From Simkaniaceae bacterium (GTDB taxonomy: Bacteria > Chlamydiota > Chlamydiia > Chlamydiales > Simkaniaceae), in the NCBI GenBank assembly GCA_050248615.1, contig JBFWSA010000002.1, positions 1-64,000 of the forward strand: a stretch of DNA of 64,000 nt, read 5' to 3'. The position numbers and the translations under genes were made by a program. Within the stretch, counting starts at the first letter, position 1; every line of letters begins with the position of its first letter. This document shows, piece after piece, positions 1 to 11,608 of the stretch. The notes under the pieces are model-generated. The model did not search any database, had not been told where the DNA came from, and saw only the letters and a program-made list of their open reading frames with translations.

Positions 1-153
1 GCAAAAGTCCTTCATGGAATTTTTAGCGTCAAAGTTCCCGGGCTTGAGCTGCCGAAAAAGCACACTGTATTGCATTAATACAGCGTGCTTTTCGGCGGTT
101 CAATCGCGGGTCTTTCACGCAAAAATTACTGCAAGGACTTTTGCAGTCAGGCA
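1..153. mobile_element. Palindromic MITE-like element, family A (left end cut by window edge)
   Basis: Near-identical to the reverse complement of 28260-28420. Ends in AAGGACTTTTGCAGTCAGGCA and has a central hairpin CTGTATT-gcatt-AATACAG. Confidence 0.9.
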
Positions 154-450
154 CTGAGTGCTAAAGAATATGAAGTGTGGAGAAGTACCATTGCTCCGGG
201 GGGACAAACACCGAGACACATGCATGAAACAGAGGAGATCTTCGTGTTTCTCTCAGGGAAAGGGAAAGTCATTGTGGGAGATATAGAGAGCTATTTTGAA
301 GCTCCCTGCACAGTCATTTGTCCTGCCCATATCGAGCATCAATTTTTCAATGTGGGAGATGAGCCCAGCGATCAAATCGTGATCCTTGGTATCGCTTCAA
401 CGATTGTCGATGCCGATCACGCTGTGATGCACCTCCCTTGGAGAAATTAA
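85..450 (+). CDS. Cupin-2 domain protein (ABP1-like box A); 5' part replaced or interrupted by a family A element
   Basis: EVWRSTIAPGGQTPRHMHETEEIF (cupin motif 1, HxH...E) and P..IEHQFFN (motif 2). The first 23 codons are element-derived. Confidence 0.75.
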   Translation: MLFGGSIAGLSRKNYCKDFCSQALSAKEYEVWRSTIAPGGQTPRHMHETEEIFVFLSGKGKVIVGDIESYFEAPCTVICPAHIEHQFFNVGDEPSDQIVILGIASTIVDADHAVMHLPWRN

Positions 451-1031
451 TTAAAGTAGCTCACGAGCCCTTCTTGGGTCGGCTTCATTGACTTTTCCCC
501 TTCTTTCCAATTCGCAGGGCACACTTCCCCATGCTCTTCATGGAAAATCAAGGCATCTAAAAGGCGGAGGGCTTCATCTACAGAACGTCCTAAGGGAAGA
601 TCATTGACCAGCTGATGACGAATGATTCCTTCTTTATCCATCAAGAATAACCCGCGGAAGGCAACTCCTGCCTCTTCACTTAAGACATGGTAATCCCGGG
701 CAATCCCTTTATTTAAATCGGCAACAAGAGGGTAGGTGACACCTGCAATCCCTCCTTTTGCTTTAGGGGTATTGACCCATGCTAGGTGAGAGAAAACACT
801 ATCCACAGAGCACCCAATCACTTGGGCATCACGCGCTTCAAAGTCTCTAAGCCTCTCTTGAAAGGCATGCAATTCTGTTGGACAGACAAAGGTAAAGTCC
901 AACGGATAGAAAAATAAAACCACATACTTACCAGAGAAAAGATCGAGAGAGAAATTCTCGACCATTTTTCCATTGGCAACAGCCTGTGCTTTAAATTGTG
1001 GAGCTTTTTTTCCAATCAGTAACGAGCTCAT
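447..1031 (-). CDS. ahpC: 2-Cys peroxiredoxin (AhpC/TSA)
   Basis: FFYPLDFTFVCPTE and GEVCPANW motifs. Confidence 0.97.
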   Translation of the reverse strand: MSSLLIGKKAPQFKAQAVANGKMVENFSLDLFSGKYVVLFFYPLDFTFVCPTELHAFQERLRDFEARDAQVIGCSVDSVFSHLAWVNTPKAKGGIAGVTYPLVADLNKGIARDYHVLSEEAGVAFRGLFLMDKEGIIRHQLVNDLPLGRSVDEALRLLDALIFHEEHGEVCPANWKEGEKSMKPTQEGLVSYFN

Positions 1032-1060
1032 ATCAACCTCCTAGGATAAACGATCCATAA

Positions 1061-1133
1061 TATACTCAAACAATTTCAAAAGTTGGATTTTTGGCGCAGC
1101 CGAAAATCCAACTTTTGAAATTGTTTGAGTATA
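1061..1133. repeat. Palindromic element family B, internally deleted form
   Basis: 31-bp perfect arms (TATACTCAAACAATTTCAAAAGTTGGATTTT) around an 11-nt spacer; matches the left arm of 28050-28213. Confidence 0.9.
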
Positions 1134-1147
1134 CACTAAATAAGAGA

Positions 1148-1777
1148 TTAGCTAAAGAGTTCCTTTGCTCGGGGAAGCCATGATTCTGCTCCAATCGTGG
1201 TCGGAGGGCCATGGCCAGAATAGACGCGGGTTTCGGGAGGGAGTTTTTCTAATTTTTTTAATGATTTCCACATAGCAGAGGGATCAGCTGTAGGAAGAGA
1301 AAGTTTACCAATCGCACCTTTAAAAAGGGTATCTCCTGCAATTAAAATTTTCTCTTTTTCTAAATAAAAACAGACCCCACCTGGTGTATGGCCAGGAGTA
1401 TGGATAACATAGAGCTCTAAATGCCCCAGGTTAAAAATTTGCCCATCATTTAAATCATAATCGGGTTCTACACCCTCGATAGGAAAAGCAAGAGGCACCC
1501 CATCGCTTCCAGGAGTACGTACATTTTTCGCATCTAAGGGATGTACATAAACAGGAATATGAAATGAGCGCTTGAGAGCCTTTAAATCGGCAATATGATC
1601 CCAATGAGAATGGGTTAAAAGAATCCCTTCCATCTTGTAACCCGTTGCAGCTTCGGTTAGCACATCTAAACTCTCCGGTGCAGGATCAATAAACACCCCT
1701 TTATGGGTTTCACTGCACGCCAAAATGTAGGCGTTGGTTTGGAATGGGCCACAAGGAAATCCTTCAAGAATGGTCAT
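1148..1777 (-). CDS. MBL-fold metallo-hydrolase (glyoxalase II-like)
   Basis: THSHWDH, HTPGHTPG, GDTLF and GHG motifs. Start set at ATG 1777 (MTILEGF). Confidence 0.92.
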   Translation of the reverse strand: MTILEGFPCGPFQTNAYILACSETHKGVFIDPAPESLDVLTEAATGYKMEGILLTHSHWDHIADLKALKRSFHIPVYVHPLDAKNVRTPGSDGVPLAFPIEGVEPDYDLNDGQIFNLGHLELYVIHTPGHTPGGVCFYLEKEKILIAGDTLFKGAIGKLSLPTADPSAMWKSLKKLEKLPPETRVYSGHGPPTTIGAESWLPRAKELFS

Positions 1778-2549
1778 GTTTGACTGCCACCACCTCAAGA
1801 CGTTTAACAAAAAAGTGCAAACACTGGTTATGATCTAGGGGTTGCAGTTCCACAAACCGCTCAATCACTTCACTCATAAATTGTCTTCTTAAATCGGTAG
1901 GAATCGGTTGCACATAGGGAAACCAGTGACTAATAAAGTTTTGGAATACTTCTTTCGAAGGAAAAATATCTTCTTGTTCTATGACTTCTAAATAACGAGC
2001 CTCAAAATGATTTTCGGTAAGCAACGTTTCCAGCGTTTCTTTTGTAGGAAAGTTCCATCCCGTTACAAAATCTCTGAAATATCCACGCCATCTCTCTTTC
2101 ATCGAAACTTCATCCACAGCTTGCTGCAGCGCTTGAGGAAGCCCCATGGGGGTAGCGATCAGGAGCTTGCCACCCACCTTTAAACACCTATTTGCACCCC
2201 GTAAAAATGCGTGATGATCTTTCACCCACTGCAGCTTCTCAAAGGAGCGGAGATAATCAAACTCTCTTTCGCTACTGGGAACTTGAATATCCTTCACTTC
2301 AAAAAAAAGATGGGGGTGTTTTTCTTTCGGGAAATTCTTTTGAGCACTTGCAATCCGCGCCTGAGAATTGTCCCAAACACGGACCTCCCCTCGGGGAATC
2401 TGCTTCAGTAGCTCCGCACTCTCCTTCCCACTCCCACACCCAACATCGAGAACGGTTTCGTCTCCTTCAAAAACAAGGTATTCAGAAATTTTCGAAGCAA
2501 CCAAAGAGAAACTGATACAAAGAAAACAAAAAAAACTCACTATCCGCAT
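1764..2549 (-). CDS. Class I SAM-dependent methyltransferase (trans-aconitate methyltransferase-like) with signal-peptide-like N-terminus
   Basis: VLDVGCGSG and LKVGGKLLI motifs; hydrophobic N-terminus MRIVSFFCFLCISFSLVA. Confidence 0.85.
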   Translation of the reverse strand: MRIVSFFCFLCISFSLVASKISEYLVFEGDETVLDVGCGSGKESAELLKQIPRGEVRVWDNSQARIASAQKNFPKEKHPHLFFEVKDIQVPSSEREFDYLRSFEKLQWVKDHHAFLRGANRCLKVGGKLLIATPMGLPQALQQAVDEVSMKERWRGYFRDFVTGWNFPTKETLETLLTENHFEARYLEVIEQEDIFPSKEVFQNFISHWFPYVQPIPTDLRRQFMSEVIERFVELQPLDHNQCLHFFVKRLEVVAVKHDHS

Positions 2550-2745
2550 GACACACGCCTAAAGACAAAACTCTTCATAAGAATTTATCAATAGAATATT
2601 TTTGGCAACAAGAAGTTATTTGACTTTAGCTAGACGCTTCAGGGCTTTGCCCTATTTCTTTTTGAAATATTTTAACTTTTTTTCTAAAGATTGGCTCTTT
2701 TTGGCTAATTTTTTGATTCGTTTCATATTTTTACTAATGGGAATG

Positions 2746-2819
2746 TGCACCGGAGAGGACTCGAACCTCTAACCTCCTGGTCCGTAGCCAGGTACTCTAT
2801 CCAATTGAGCTACCGGTGC
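2746..2819 (-). tRNA. tRNA-Arg(ACG)
   Basis: Minus strand reads GCACCGGTAGCTCAATTGGATAGAGTACCTGGCTACGGACCAGGAGGTTAGAGGTTCGAGTCCTCTCCGGTGCA; anticodon arm CCTGG-CTACGGA-CCAGG; T-loop GTTCGAG. Confidence 0.97.
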
Positions 2820-2901
2820 TGAGTTGGATAGCCTCAAGATCGCATATCATGCTAGAGAAACTCTTTTCCCGCAAGAAGTTATTCAGGTATACTCTAGGGC
2901 T

Positions 2902-3459
2902 ATGATTGATTGGAATGAGCAGTGGGCGCTCCATGCGCCTAATTTTAAAAAAGGGTTAGCCCATGTCCACTTAAAGGACTATGGGGGTCCCGATAAAACC
3001 TATTACATGAAACCGGGCCCAGGTTTTGGAGATCTATCCCACCCTACAACGCAATTGATGCTTCATTTAATGCCGAGCCCTATTACAGGTCAGGTCATCG
3101 ATGTTGGATGTGGATCTGGAGTCCTCTCTTTGGCTGCCAAACTCCGGGGGGCAGAGGAAGTTTATGGTATCGATTGTGATGAGGAGGCCCTTTGCCATGC
3201 AAAGGAGAATGCAAAGCTCAATCAATTACACTGCACTTTTGGGAAATGCTTAGAGAAAAAGTTTGATCATCCTTTGATCCTGATGAACATGATCTCTTCT
3301 GAACAAAAATGCGCTTGGAGTGCCCTTCCACCGCTTCAAAGTTATACACTGATTCTATCGGGTATCCCCATCGAAGAGGCAAGACCTTTTGCTCATTATG
3401 GGACCATCCTAGAAAAGAGAGAGTGGAAGGGGTGGTTGGGGTTTAAAATCCAACACTGA
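2902..3459 (+). CDS. prmA: Short PrmA-like (ribosomal protein L11) methyltransferase
   Basis: DWNEQW, PGPGFGDLSHPTTQL and VIDVGCGSGVLS motifs. Start taken at ATG 2902. Confidence 0.75.
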   Translation: MIDWNEQWALHAPNFKKGLAHVHLKDYGGPDKTYYMKPGPGFGDLSHPTTQLMLHLMPSPITGQVIDVGCGSGVLSLAAKLRGAEEVYGIDCDEEALCHAKENAKLNQLHCTFGKCLEKKFDHPLILMNMISSEQKCAWSALPPLQSYTLILSGIPIEEARPFAHYGTILEKREWKGWLGFKIQH

Positions 3460-4543
3460 GCCGTAAATAGGGCCCTGCAAAGATCGCGCTGTCTTTTTCT
3501 TCCTGTGCACGGTCGGGAATCAATGAGCTAGGAATGAGACGAAAAAGAATGGTCCGGTTCATCTCCTCTACCTCCCAGTAAGTATACACCTTATAGCCCA
3601 CATTTAGCATGAGAGAAACGTTATTTTTGAATGCATATTTGTATTTAAGGCCGATGTTGGCATTGAGATTAGGGATCACTTGAAAATCGGGAGATTTATC
3701 CCAACGCCCTCCGTTAGAAGTGGGTGTAACAGCTCCGGTTCCACTCCAAAACGCGCTGTAATTACCTTGGGACCAAATTTTTCCAAATAAGGTCGCGATT
3801 TGAAGGGTAAAATCGAGACTCACATCTTGACTCCCTGTGGCTTTGGTAAAGTGAAACCCAAAATGCCACTGCAACTTTGGCCCCAAACCCCAAGCACGCA
3901 TCGTGCGCTGCGCTTTTAAATCTAAAGCAAAGGTGGAGGTCACTGTCCCAGTGTTATTAAAATTTATAAGCTCCCCTGCATCATGCATGGTAAAATAGTA
4001 ATGGAGTTCTTGATAGGTTAACCCGCCCCCCAGTCCAAACGAGATATGTTCATAGATGGGAAACAGGCGCGAACCGAGGAGGTCAATGATATGTAAATGG
4101 GCATGCTGATGCCCCCGATCATTTTGAATATTCCGTTGTTGCCCACTGGATGGAAGGACAAATGTGACATCCCGTTTTAACGTGTCGTCTCCATTATTTA
4201 AAATATAGGTATAAGTGAGGGAAAGTCCTGTCCGCGTTGGTGGAATGCGGTAGAGAGCCTCTAGAGTGAGCCCCCAATTGTATTCGGGGTTAATCGAATC
4301 GGTGCGGTGATTATTGACATCGACTGGAACCGTGAACATGCCAATGTTATAGAGTTGCGCTTGATCGGAATAGGTCGTAGAAAGGGAAGAGGTCATCAAA
4401 AAGGTTTCTGCGCTGAGCTCAACCGTTTCTTGTTCCCGGATAGATTCTTGATGCCGTTGCTTATAGGCTTGAATCTCTTCTTTTGTAAACTCAGAAGCAA
4501 AAGTGGATGCGAAAAAAAATAAACACAAACAAAAAAGCCGCAT
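3443..4543 (-). CDS. Outer-membrane beta-barrel, porin-like (Lpg1974/MOMP-like)
   Basis: Signal peptide, alternating beta-strand pattern, GLGP motif, C-terminal GPYLRLSVGF. Confidence 0.75.
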   Translation of the reverse strand: MRLFCLCLFFFASTFASEFTKEEIQAYKQRHQESIREQETVELSAETFLMTSSLSTTYSDQAQLYNIGMFTVPVDVNNHRTDSINPEYNWGLTLEALYRIPPTRTGLSLTYTYILNNGDDTLKRDVTFVLPSSGQQRNIQNDRGHQHAHLHIIDLLGSRLFPIYEHISFGLGGGLTYQELHYYFTMHDAGELINFNNTGTVTSTFALDLKAQRTMRAWGLGPKLQWHFGFHFTKATGSQDVSLDFTLQIATLFGKIWSQGNYSAFWSGTGAVTPTSNGGRWDKSPDFQVIPNLNANIGLKYKYAFKNNVSLMLNVGYKVYTYWEVEEMNRTILFRLIPSSLIPDRAQEEKDSAIFAGPYLRLSVGF

Positions 4544-4567
4544 TTTTTGTATTCTTGCGGCTTTTTT
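4531..4567. terminator. Bidirectional intrinsic terminator-like hairpin after groEL
   Basis: AAAAAAGCCGCA-N13-TGCGGCTTTTTT; overlaps the porin start codon. Confidence 0.7.
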
Positions 4568-4581
4568 GTTTTAAATCAAGA

Positions 4582-6553
<1,972 letters not shown>

Positions 6554-6590
6554 ACGTTTGCGCTCCTAAATCAATGGTTTTTTTATCAAA

Positions 6591-6620
6591 AGGATAAGGA
6601 CAGGGATTGCTTTTTGTCAA
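6591..6620 (-). promoter_or_regulatory. Putative sigma66/70 promoter of groES-groEL
   Basis: TTGACA-N18-TATCCT on the minus strand. Confidence 0.55.
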
Positions 6621-6625
6621 GAAAC

Positions 6626-6652
6626 TTAGCACTAAGAAACGATAGTTGCTAA
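6626..6652. promoter_or_regulatory. CIRCE-like HrcA operator
   Basis: TTAGCACTA-N9-AGTTGCTAA versus consensus TTAGCACTC-N9-GAGTGCTAA, just upstream of the -35 of groES-groEL. Confidence 0.75.
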
Positions 6653-7851
6653 TAAATCAAATATTTTTCTCTTAATTTTTTGAATTGTTCCCGCTCATCT
6701 TCTTGATAAGCAATCATTTTCCATGCCGCATAACGCTCATTTAAAAGTAAGCGATAGATCTCTTCGTTCCCATTTGCATGACAAAAAAGTTTTTTCTTCC
6801 CCCCATCTACCTTATCTAAATACCCCTTTGTCTGCTGCGGATAGAGACTCTTTAAAATGCCCATAAGTAAATACTGAACACTTAACGGACGATAACGGGA
6901 GATATCGGTCACTCGAATGAGGACCCCATGACACTCTTTCCCTTTGAGCGAGCCATAAAAGGGTCGGTAGTGGAAAGGGAAAAAATGGACACCCCGGAGT
7001 TTTTGACTGTTCAGCTTCTCGGCAAATAGATCTGCATCGATCCAAGGAGCCCCCACCACCTTAAAAGGGAGGGTGTATCCCACACCAATATTCACCATCT
7101 CGAGCTCCCCAAGAATCCCCGTTGATGCATAAAAAAGAGGAGTGTCCGCTTCAGGAATATGGGGGCTCGTAGGGATCCACGCCAGCCCTGTGTCCATGTA
7201 AGACATCGTCCGCTTCCATCCCTTCATTGGGATCACCTTCAACTGACATCCGATTTTATATTCCCCATTAAAAAAAGTGGCGAGCTCCCCAATCGTCATC
7301 CCATGGCAGTAAGGGACATTGACATACCCAATAAATGAGCGCCACTTCTCCTCTAACATCCCCCCATCAATGATCACCCCATTAATCGGATTGGGTCGAT
7401 CGAAGACATAGACAGGGATCTTCCGTTTTGCCGCTTCTTCCATGACATAGAAAAGGGTCGTTGCATAGGTGTAGGAACGCACCCCAATATCTTGAATATC
7501 ATAGATCAAAACATCAACCCCTTTCAGCATCTGATCATTAGGTCGACGTGTCTTTCCATGAAGACTATACACAGGGAGATGAGCGTTATTTCCATTCGCG
7601 GTGTTTTCTCCAGCATAGTGGTTTCCTTGCCATCCATGCTCAGGACTGAACAAAGCAACCAATTGCACACCTTTTTTCTGCAAAACCTCTGCCGTAGAAT
7701 GCAAGTGCTTATCCACTCCCGTGTGATTACTCACGAGCCCCACCCGTTTCCCCTTGAGTTCCTTATCTATCCCCTCTTTGACGAAGGTATCGACTCCTAA
7801 TTCTACAGCTCCCCAAACGGGTAACCACATTAGTAATAGTAACAAACGCAT
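6649..7851 (-). CDS. namZ: DUF1343 / NamZ-type exo-beta-N-acetylmuramidase, exported
   Basis: LFSPEHG, YDIQDIGVRSYTY, DRPNP, HGMTIGE and WIPTSPHIP motifs; signal peptide. Confidence 0.9.
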   Translation of the reverse strand: MRLLLLLMWLPVWGAVELGVDTFVKEGIDKELKGKRVGLVSNHTGVDKHLHSTAEVLQKKGVQLVALFSPEHGWQGNHYAGENTANGNNAHLPVYSLHGKTRRPNDQMLKGVDVLIYDIQDIGVRSYTYATTLFYVMEEAAKRKIPVYVFDRPNPINGVIIDGGMLEEKWRSFIGYVNVPYCHGMTIGELATFFNGEYKIGCQLKVIPMKGWKRTMSYMDTGLAWIPTSPHIPEADTPLFYASTGILGELEMVNIGVGYTLPFKVVGAPWIDADLFAEKLNSQKLRGVHFFPFHYRPFYGSLKGKECHGVLIRVTDISRYRPLSVQYLLMGILKSLYPQQTKGYLDKVDGGKKKLFCHANGNEEIYRLLLNERYAAWKMIAYQEDEREQFKKLREKYLIY

Positions 7852-7923
7852 AATGCATCCTTATTTTTGTAAAATGTTAGGTCAAAAACGATTTTTCGTG
7901 TAAAAAAACAAATACGGGGTGGT

Positions 7924-10900
7924 GTGAATATGTCTCATGAACCGAGTGAATCTCAAACCATGCATCAAGCACGTGACTTGTTATCAACAGTCATGGGCGC
8001 TCCCCTCACCCTCGATGAACGGGAAAAAAAAGCGATCGAACTGGCTGCTCATATCCTATCTGAATCCAATAGCCGCATGACAAAACAAGAAAGGAAGCGT
8101 TATGGAGAACTCCACCGCATGATGCAAGATCCTGTGGGAAAGGTTTTTATCACAGCCATGACTGATCAATGCTTCCGCAGCCACAATCACAAACGGATCG
8201 CAGATCAGATGATTTATCTCCTCAACCTCTACGGCATTCCCAAATTCTTTTCCCCCTTTAAAAGGCTCCAACTCTATCTTTTTAAGCTCTTCGGAGACAC
8301 TTTAGCAAACATCTTGGTTCCCATCGCGATCTTTACCCTCCGCAAAGAGACCGCAGCTGTCATCATCCCTGGAGAGAAGGGTCCTTTACTCCGCCACATT
8401 AAAAAAAGAAAAGGGCAAGGGATTCGCCTTAACCTCAACCATCTCGGCGAAGCCATTCTTGGGGAAGAAGAGGCTGTGCGTCGCTTAAACATCTATCTAA
8501 AAGACCTCAAACATCCTCATATCGACTACGTCTCCATTAAAATTTCCACCATCTATTCTCAAATCAACCTTCTTGCCTGGGAACGGACCCTTTCCGATCT
8601 TTCTACGCGACTTCGCCAACTTTATCGCGCCGCCATGGAAAATCCCATTACCCTCAAAGATGGGAGAAAAAGCTCCAAGTTCGTCAACCTCGATATGGAA
8701 GAGTACCGGGATCTCCATCTCACTAAAGATCTCTTCATCAAAGTTCTCAGTGAGCCCGAGTTTCATTCTCTCTCCGCAGGGATCGTCTTACAAGCCTATC
8801 TTCCGGACTCGTACGAAATCCTCAAAGAGATTACCGAGTGGGCCCTAAAGCGCGTCCAGAATGGGGGGGCTCCGATTAAAGTGCGGATTGTGAAAGGGGC
8901 CAACATGGCAATGGAACAACAAGAAGCCTCCATAAAAGATTGGCCTCAAGCTCCTTACACCACAAAAATTCGGACAGATGCCAATTACAAAAGGATGCTT
9001 CTCTATGCTTGCACCAGTCACCATGCCCGCGCTGTGCATATTGGCGTTGCTTCCCACAATATTTTCGATATCGCCTTTGCGATGCTCCTCCGCTTAGAAA
9101 ATCGTGTAGAGCACGAAGTCACCTTCGAAATGCTTGAAGGAATGGCCGACCATGTTCGTCGCGTGATTCAAGATCTTACTGGAGATATGCTCCTTTACTG
9201 CGCCGTTGCTACCCGAGAGGATTTTCAAAGTGCAATTGCCTATCTCATCCGTCGCCTCGATGAAAATACGGGAGCAGAAAACTTTCTGGCTCATAGTTTT
9301 GGACTCAAAGCAGGAACCAAAGATTGGGAAGTGCAATCTGCCTTCTTCTCAGAAGGGTGTAAATTGATTGAAACTGTAGAAAAAGAGCCGAGACGCAAAC
9401 AAAACCGCTTCGATCCTCCGATTCACCTCGATAGCAATGCCCCTTTTGAAAATGAACCCGATACCGACTTTTCCCTCCCCCAAAACCGGAAATGGGCAGA
9501 AGCCATCCTCACCAAATGGAAAGAGAAAACCATCGATCCGATCCCCCTTGTCATTGATGGAGAAGAGATTCATACCTCTCATCAAGAGAAAGGGTACGAT
9601 CCCACACAAATAGACCGCCCCTTCTACACCTACTCCCTTGCTAGCTGGAAAGAGATCGATCAAGCGCTGAATTGCGCTAAAAAACAAGAGCACAATTGGA
9701 AAAATATATCCGTAGAAGAGCGGTGTGAACTGCTCGCTGAAGTGGCCCAAACCCTCCGTGAAAAACGGGCCGATCATTTAGGCTCTATGATCGCAGATGG
9801 AGGCAAACTCCTGATGGAAGCCGATACCGAATTCTCCGAAACCATCGACTTCGCTGAATACTACCTCCGCTCCCTTCGACAACTCACCAGTTACTCCGAC
9901 ATCGCATGGACCCCCAAAGGAACCATCCTCGTCGCCCCCCCTTGGAATTTCCCCAACTCTATCCCTGGAGGAGGGATCTTCTCTGCCCTCCTTACCGGAA
10001 ATTGTGTCCTTTTTAAACCCGCCCCTGAATCGGTCTTAGCCGGATGGGAATTGGTTAAAGCCCTATGGGAAGCAGGTGTTCCCAAAACCGTGTTACAATT
10101 TATCAACTGCCCCGATGACCCTGTCGGCTCAAAACTCATTCAAGATGAAAGACTCAATGCCGTCATTCTCACTGGAGCTACAAGTACCGCTCACCTCTTT
10201 GCAAAAATGCGCCCTGGAATCGATCTCTCCGCAGAAACCGGCGGGAAAAATGCCCTGATCATCACAGCCTTAGCCGATCGGGATCAAGCCATCAAAGATC
10301 TTATCCACTCCGCCTTCAGTCACAACGGACAAAAATGTAGCGCCGCTTCTCTCGCTATTTTGGAAAAAGAGGTTTACGACGATCCCCACTTTATGAAACA
10401 ACTGCGCGATGCGGCAGCAAGTTTAAAAGTAGGCTCTCCCTGGGATCTCTCCAGTAAAATCACCCCCTTGATCCGTAAGTCAGTCGACCCCTTACTCCGC
10501 GGACAAACCACCTTAGAACAAGGAGAGTCTTGGCTCTTAAAACCGAGCTCCTCTCCCCACAATCCCAACCTCTGGACTCCTGGGATCAAACTCGGAGTCA
10601 AACAGGGAAGCTTTACCCAACGCACCGAACTCTTTGGCCCTGTATTAGGTCTTATCCGCGCCGAAAATCTCGACCATGCCATCCATATCGCCAATGCAAC
10701 CCCTTATGGTCTCACCTCAGGAATCCACACCCTCGATAAACGGGAACAGAAGAAGTGGCAACACCTCATTATCGCAGGAAACTGTTACATCAATCGGACC
10801 ATCACCGGCGCTATCGTCCGACGCCAACCCTTTGGAGGCTGTAAAAACAGTAGCTATGGTCACGGCTCTAAAGCAGGCGGCCCTAATTATCTCACCCAAT

Positions 10901-11550
10901 TCATGCATGCCAAACAAATCGACATCCCCAAAGAGAAATTTCCCGCTGGGGATTTTGTGAATAACTTAACCCGCTTTTTAGAAAAATTTGACCTGAGCGC
11001 AGAAGACTTAGGCTTTTGGTATGCGAGTGTTTCAAGTTACGCCTTCTTTTGGCAACAATTCAAACGGGATAAAGACCGCTCCAAAATTGTGGGAGAAGAC
11101 AACCTTTTCCGTTACATCCCCCATAAAAAACTCGTCTTACGCCTCACCCCCCAAGATGCTCCCATCGACTATCTTCGCGCTTTTGCAGCAGCCCTGACCA
11201 CCGAAACCCGCCTCGAAATCAGCTGGGAAAAAGGGGAGGATGAAAAAGTACGCCATGCCAATTGGGAGGCGATGCTCCCCATTTTCAACATCATTGAAGA
11301 GGATGAAGCCTCATTTGCAGAGCGGGTAAAAGGGGGGAAAATTAGACGGATCCGCATGCTCCACGAGCCCTCAGAAGCCCTCAAAAAAGCCGCTGCTGAA
11401 GGGGCTGCCTATATCGATCATGCCCCCGTACTCGCCAACGGCCGCATCGAGCTCCTCCATTACCTTCGCGAGATGTCTCTAAGTATTTCTTACCATCGGT
11501 ATGGCAACCTAGGCCTCCGTGAAGGAGAACTCCGCAAGCCTATTCTTTAA
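7924..11550 (+). CDS. putA: Bifunctional proline dehydrogenase / P5C dehydrogenase
   Basis: LDMEEY, RIVKGAN, ASHN, YLIRRLDEN, ETGGKNA, GQKCSAAS, ELFGPVL and QPFGG motifs. Confidence 0.96.
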   Translation: MNMSHEPSESQTMHQARDLLSTVMGAPLTLDEREKKAIELAAHILSESNSRMTKQERKRYGELHRMMQDPVGKVFITAMTDQCFRSHNHKRIADQMIYLLNLYGIPKFFSPFKRLQLYLFKLFGDTLANILVPIAIFTLRKETAAVIIPGEKGPLLRHIKKRKGQGIRLNLNHLGEAILGEEEAVRRLNIYLKDLKHPHIDYVSIKISTIYSQINLLAWERTLSDLSTRLRQLYRAAMENPITLKDGRKSSKFVNLDMEEYRDLHLTKDLFIKVLSEPEFHSLSAGIVLQAYLPDSYEILKEITEWALKRVQNGGAPIKVRIVKGANMAMEQQEASIKDWPQAPYTTKIRTDANYKRMLLYACTSHHARAVHIGVASHNIFDIAFAMLLRLENRVEHEVTFEMLEGMADHVRRVIQDLTGDMLLYCAVATREDFQSAIAYLIRRLDENTGAENFLAHSFGLKAGTKDWEVQSAFFSEGCKLIETVEKEPRRKQNRFDPPIHLDSNAPFENEPDTDFSLPQNRKWAEAILTKWKEKTIDPIPLVIDGEEIHTSHQEKGYDPTQIDRPFYTYSLASWKEIDQALNCAKKQEHNWKNISVEERCELLAEVAQTLREKRADHLGSMIADGGKLLMEADTEFSETIDFAEYYLRSLRQLTSYSDIAWTPKGTILVAPPWNFPNSIPGGGIFSALLTGNCVLFKPAPESVLAGWELVKALWEAGVPKTVLQFINCPDDPVGSKLIQDERLNAVILTGATSTAHLFAKMRPGIDLSAETGGKNALIITALADRDQAIKDLIHSAFSHNGQKCSAASLAILEKEVYDDPHFMKQLRDAAASLKVGSPWDLSSKITPLIRKSVDPLLRGQTTLEQGESWLLKPSSSPHNPNLWTPGIKLGVKQGSFTQRTELFGPVLGLIRAENLDHAIHIANATPYGLTSGIHTLDKREQKKWQHLIIAGNCYINRTITGAIVRRQPFGGCKNSSYGHGSKAGGPNYLTQFMHAKQIDIPKEKFPAGDFVNNLTRFLEKFDLSAEDLGFWYASVSSYAFFWQQFKRDKDRSKIVGEDNLFRYIPHKKLVLRLTPQDAPIDYLRAFAAALTTETRLEISWEKGEDEKVRHANWEAMLPIFNIIEEDEASFAERVKGGKIRRIRMLHEPSEALKKAAAEGAAYIDHAPVLANGRIELLHYLREMSLSISYHRYGNLGLREGELRKPIL

Positions 11551-11551
11551 T

Positions 11552-11580
11552 TAGACTTTTTCTTCAAATCTCTATATCAT
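11552..11580 (+). promoter_or_regulatory. Putative promoter of array gene 1
   Basis: TAGACT-N17-TATCAT; the same layout recurs at 12690 and 15931. Confidence 0.6.
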
Positions 11581-11608
11581 TTTTTCCCTTTAACTATGGG
11601 AGAAAGTC

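Noticed and set aside
2746..2819. tRNA-Arg as an island integration site
   Set aside because: No duplicated tRNA 3' end and no integrase were seen in the window.
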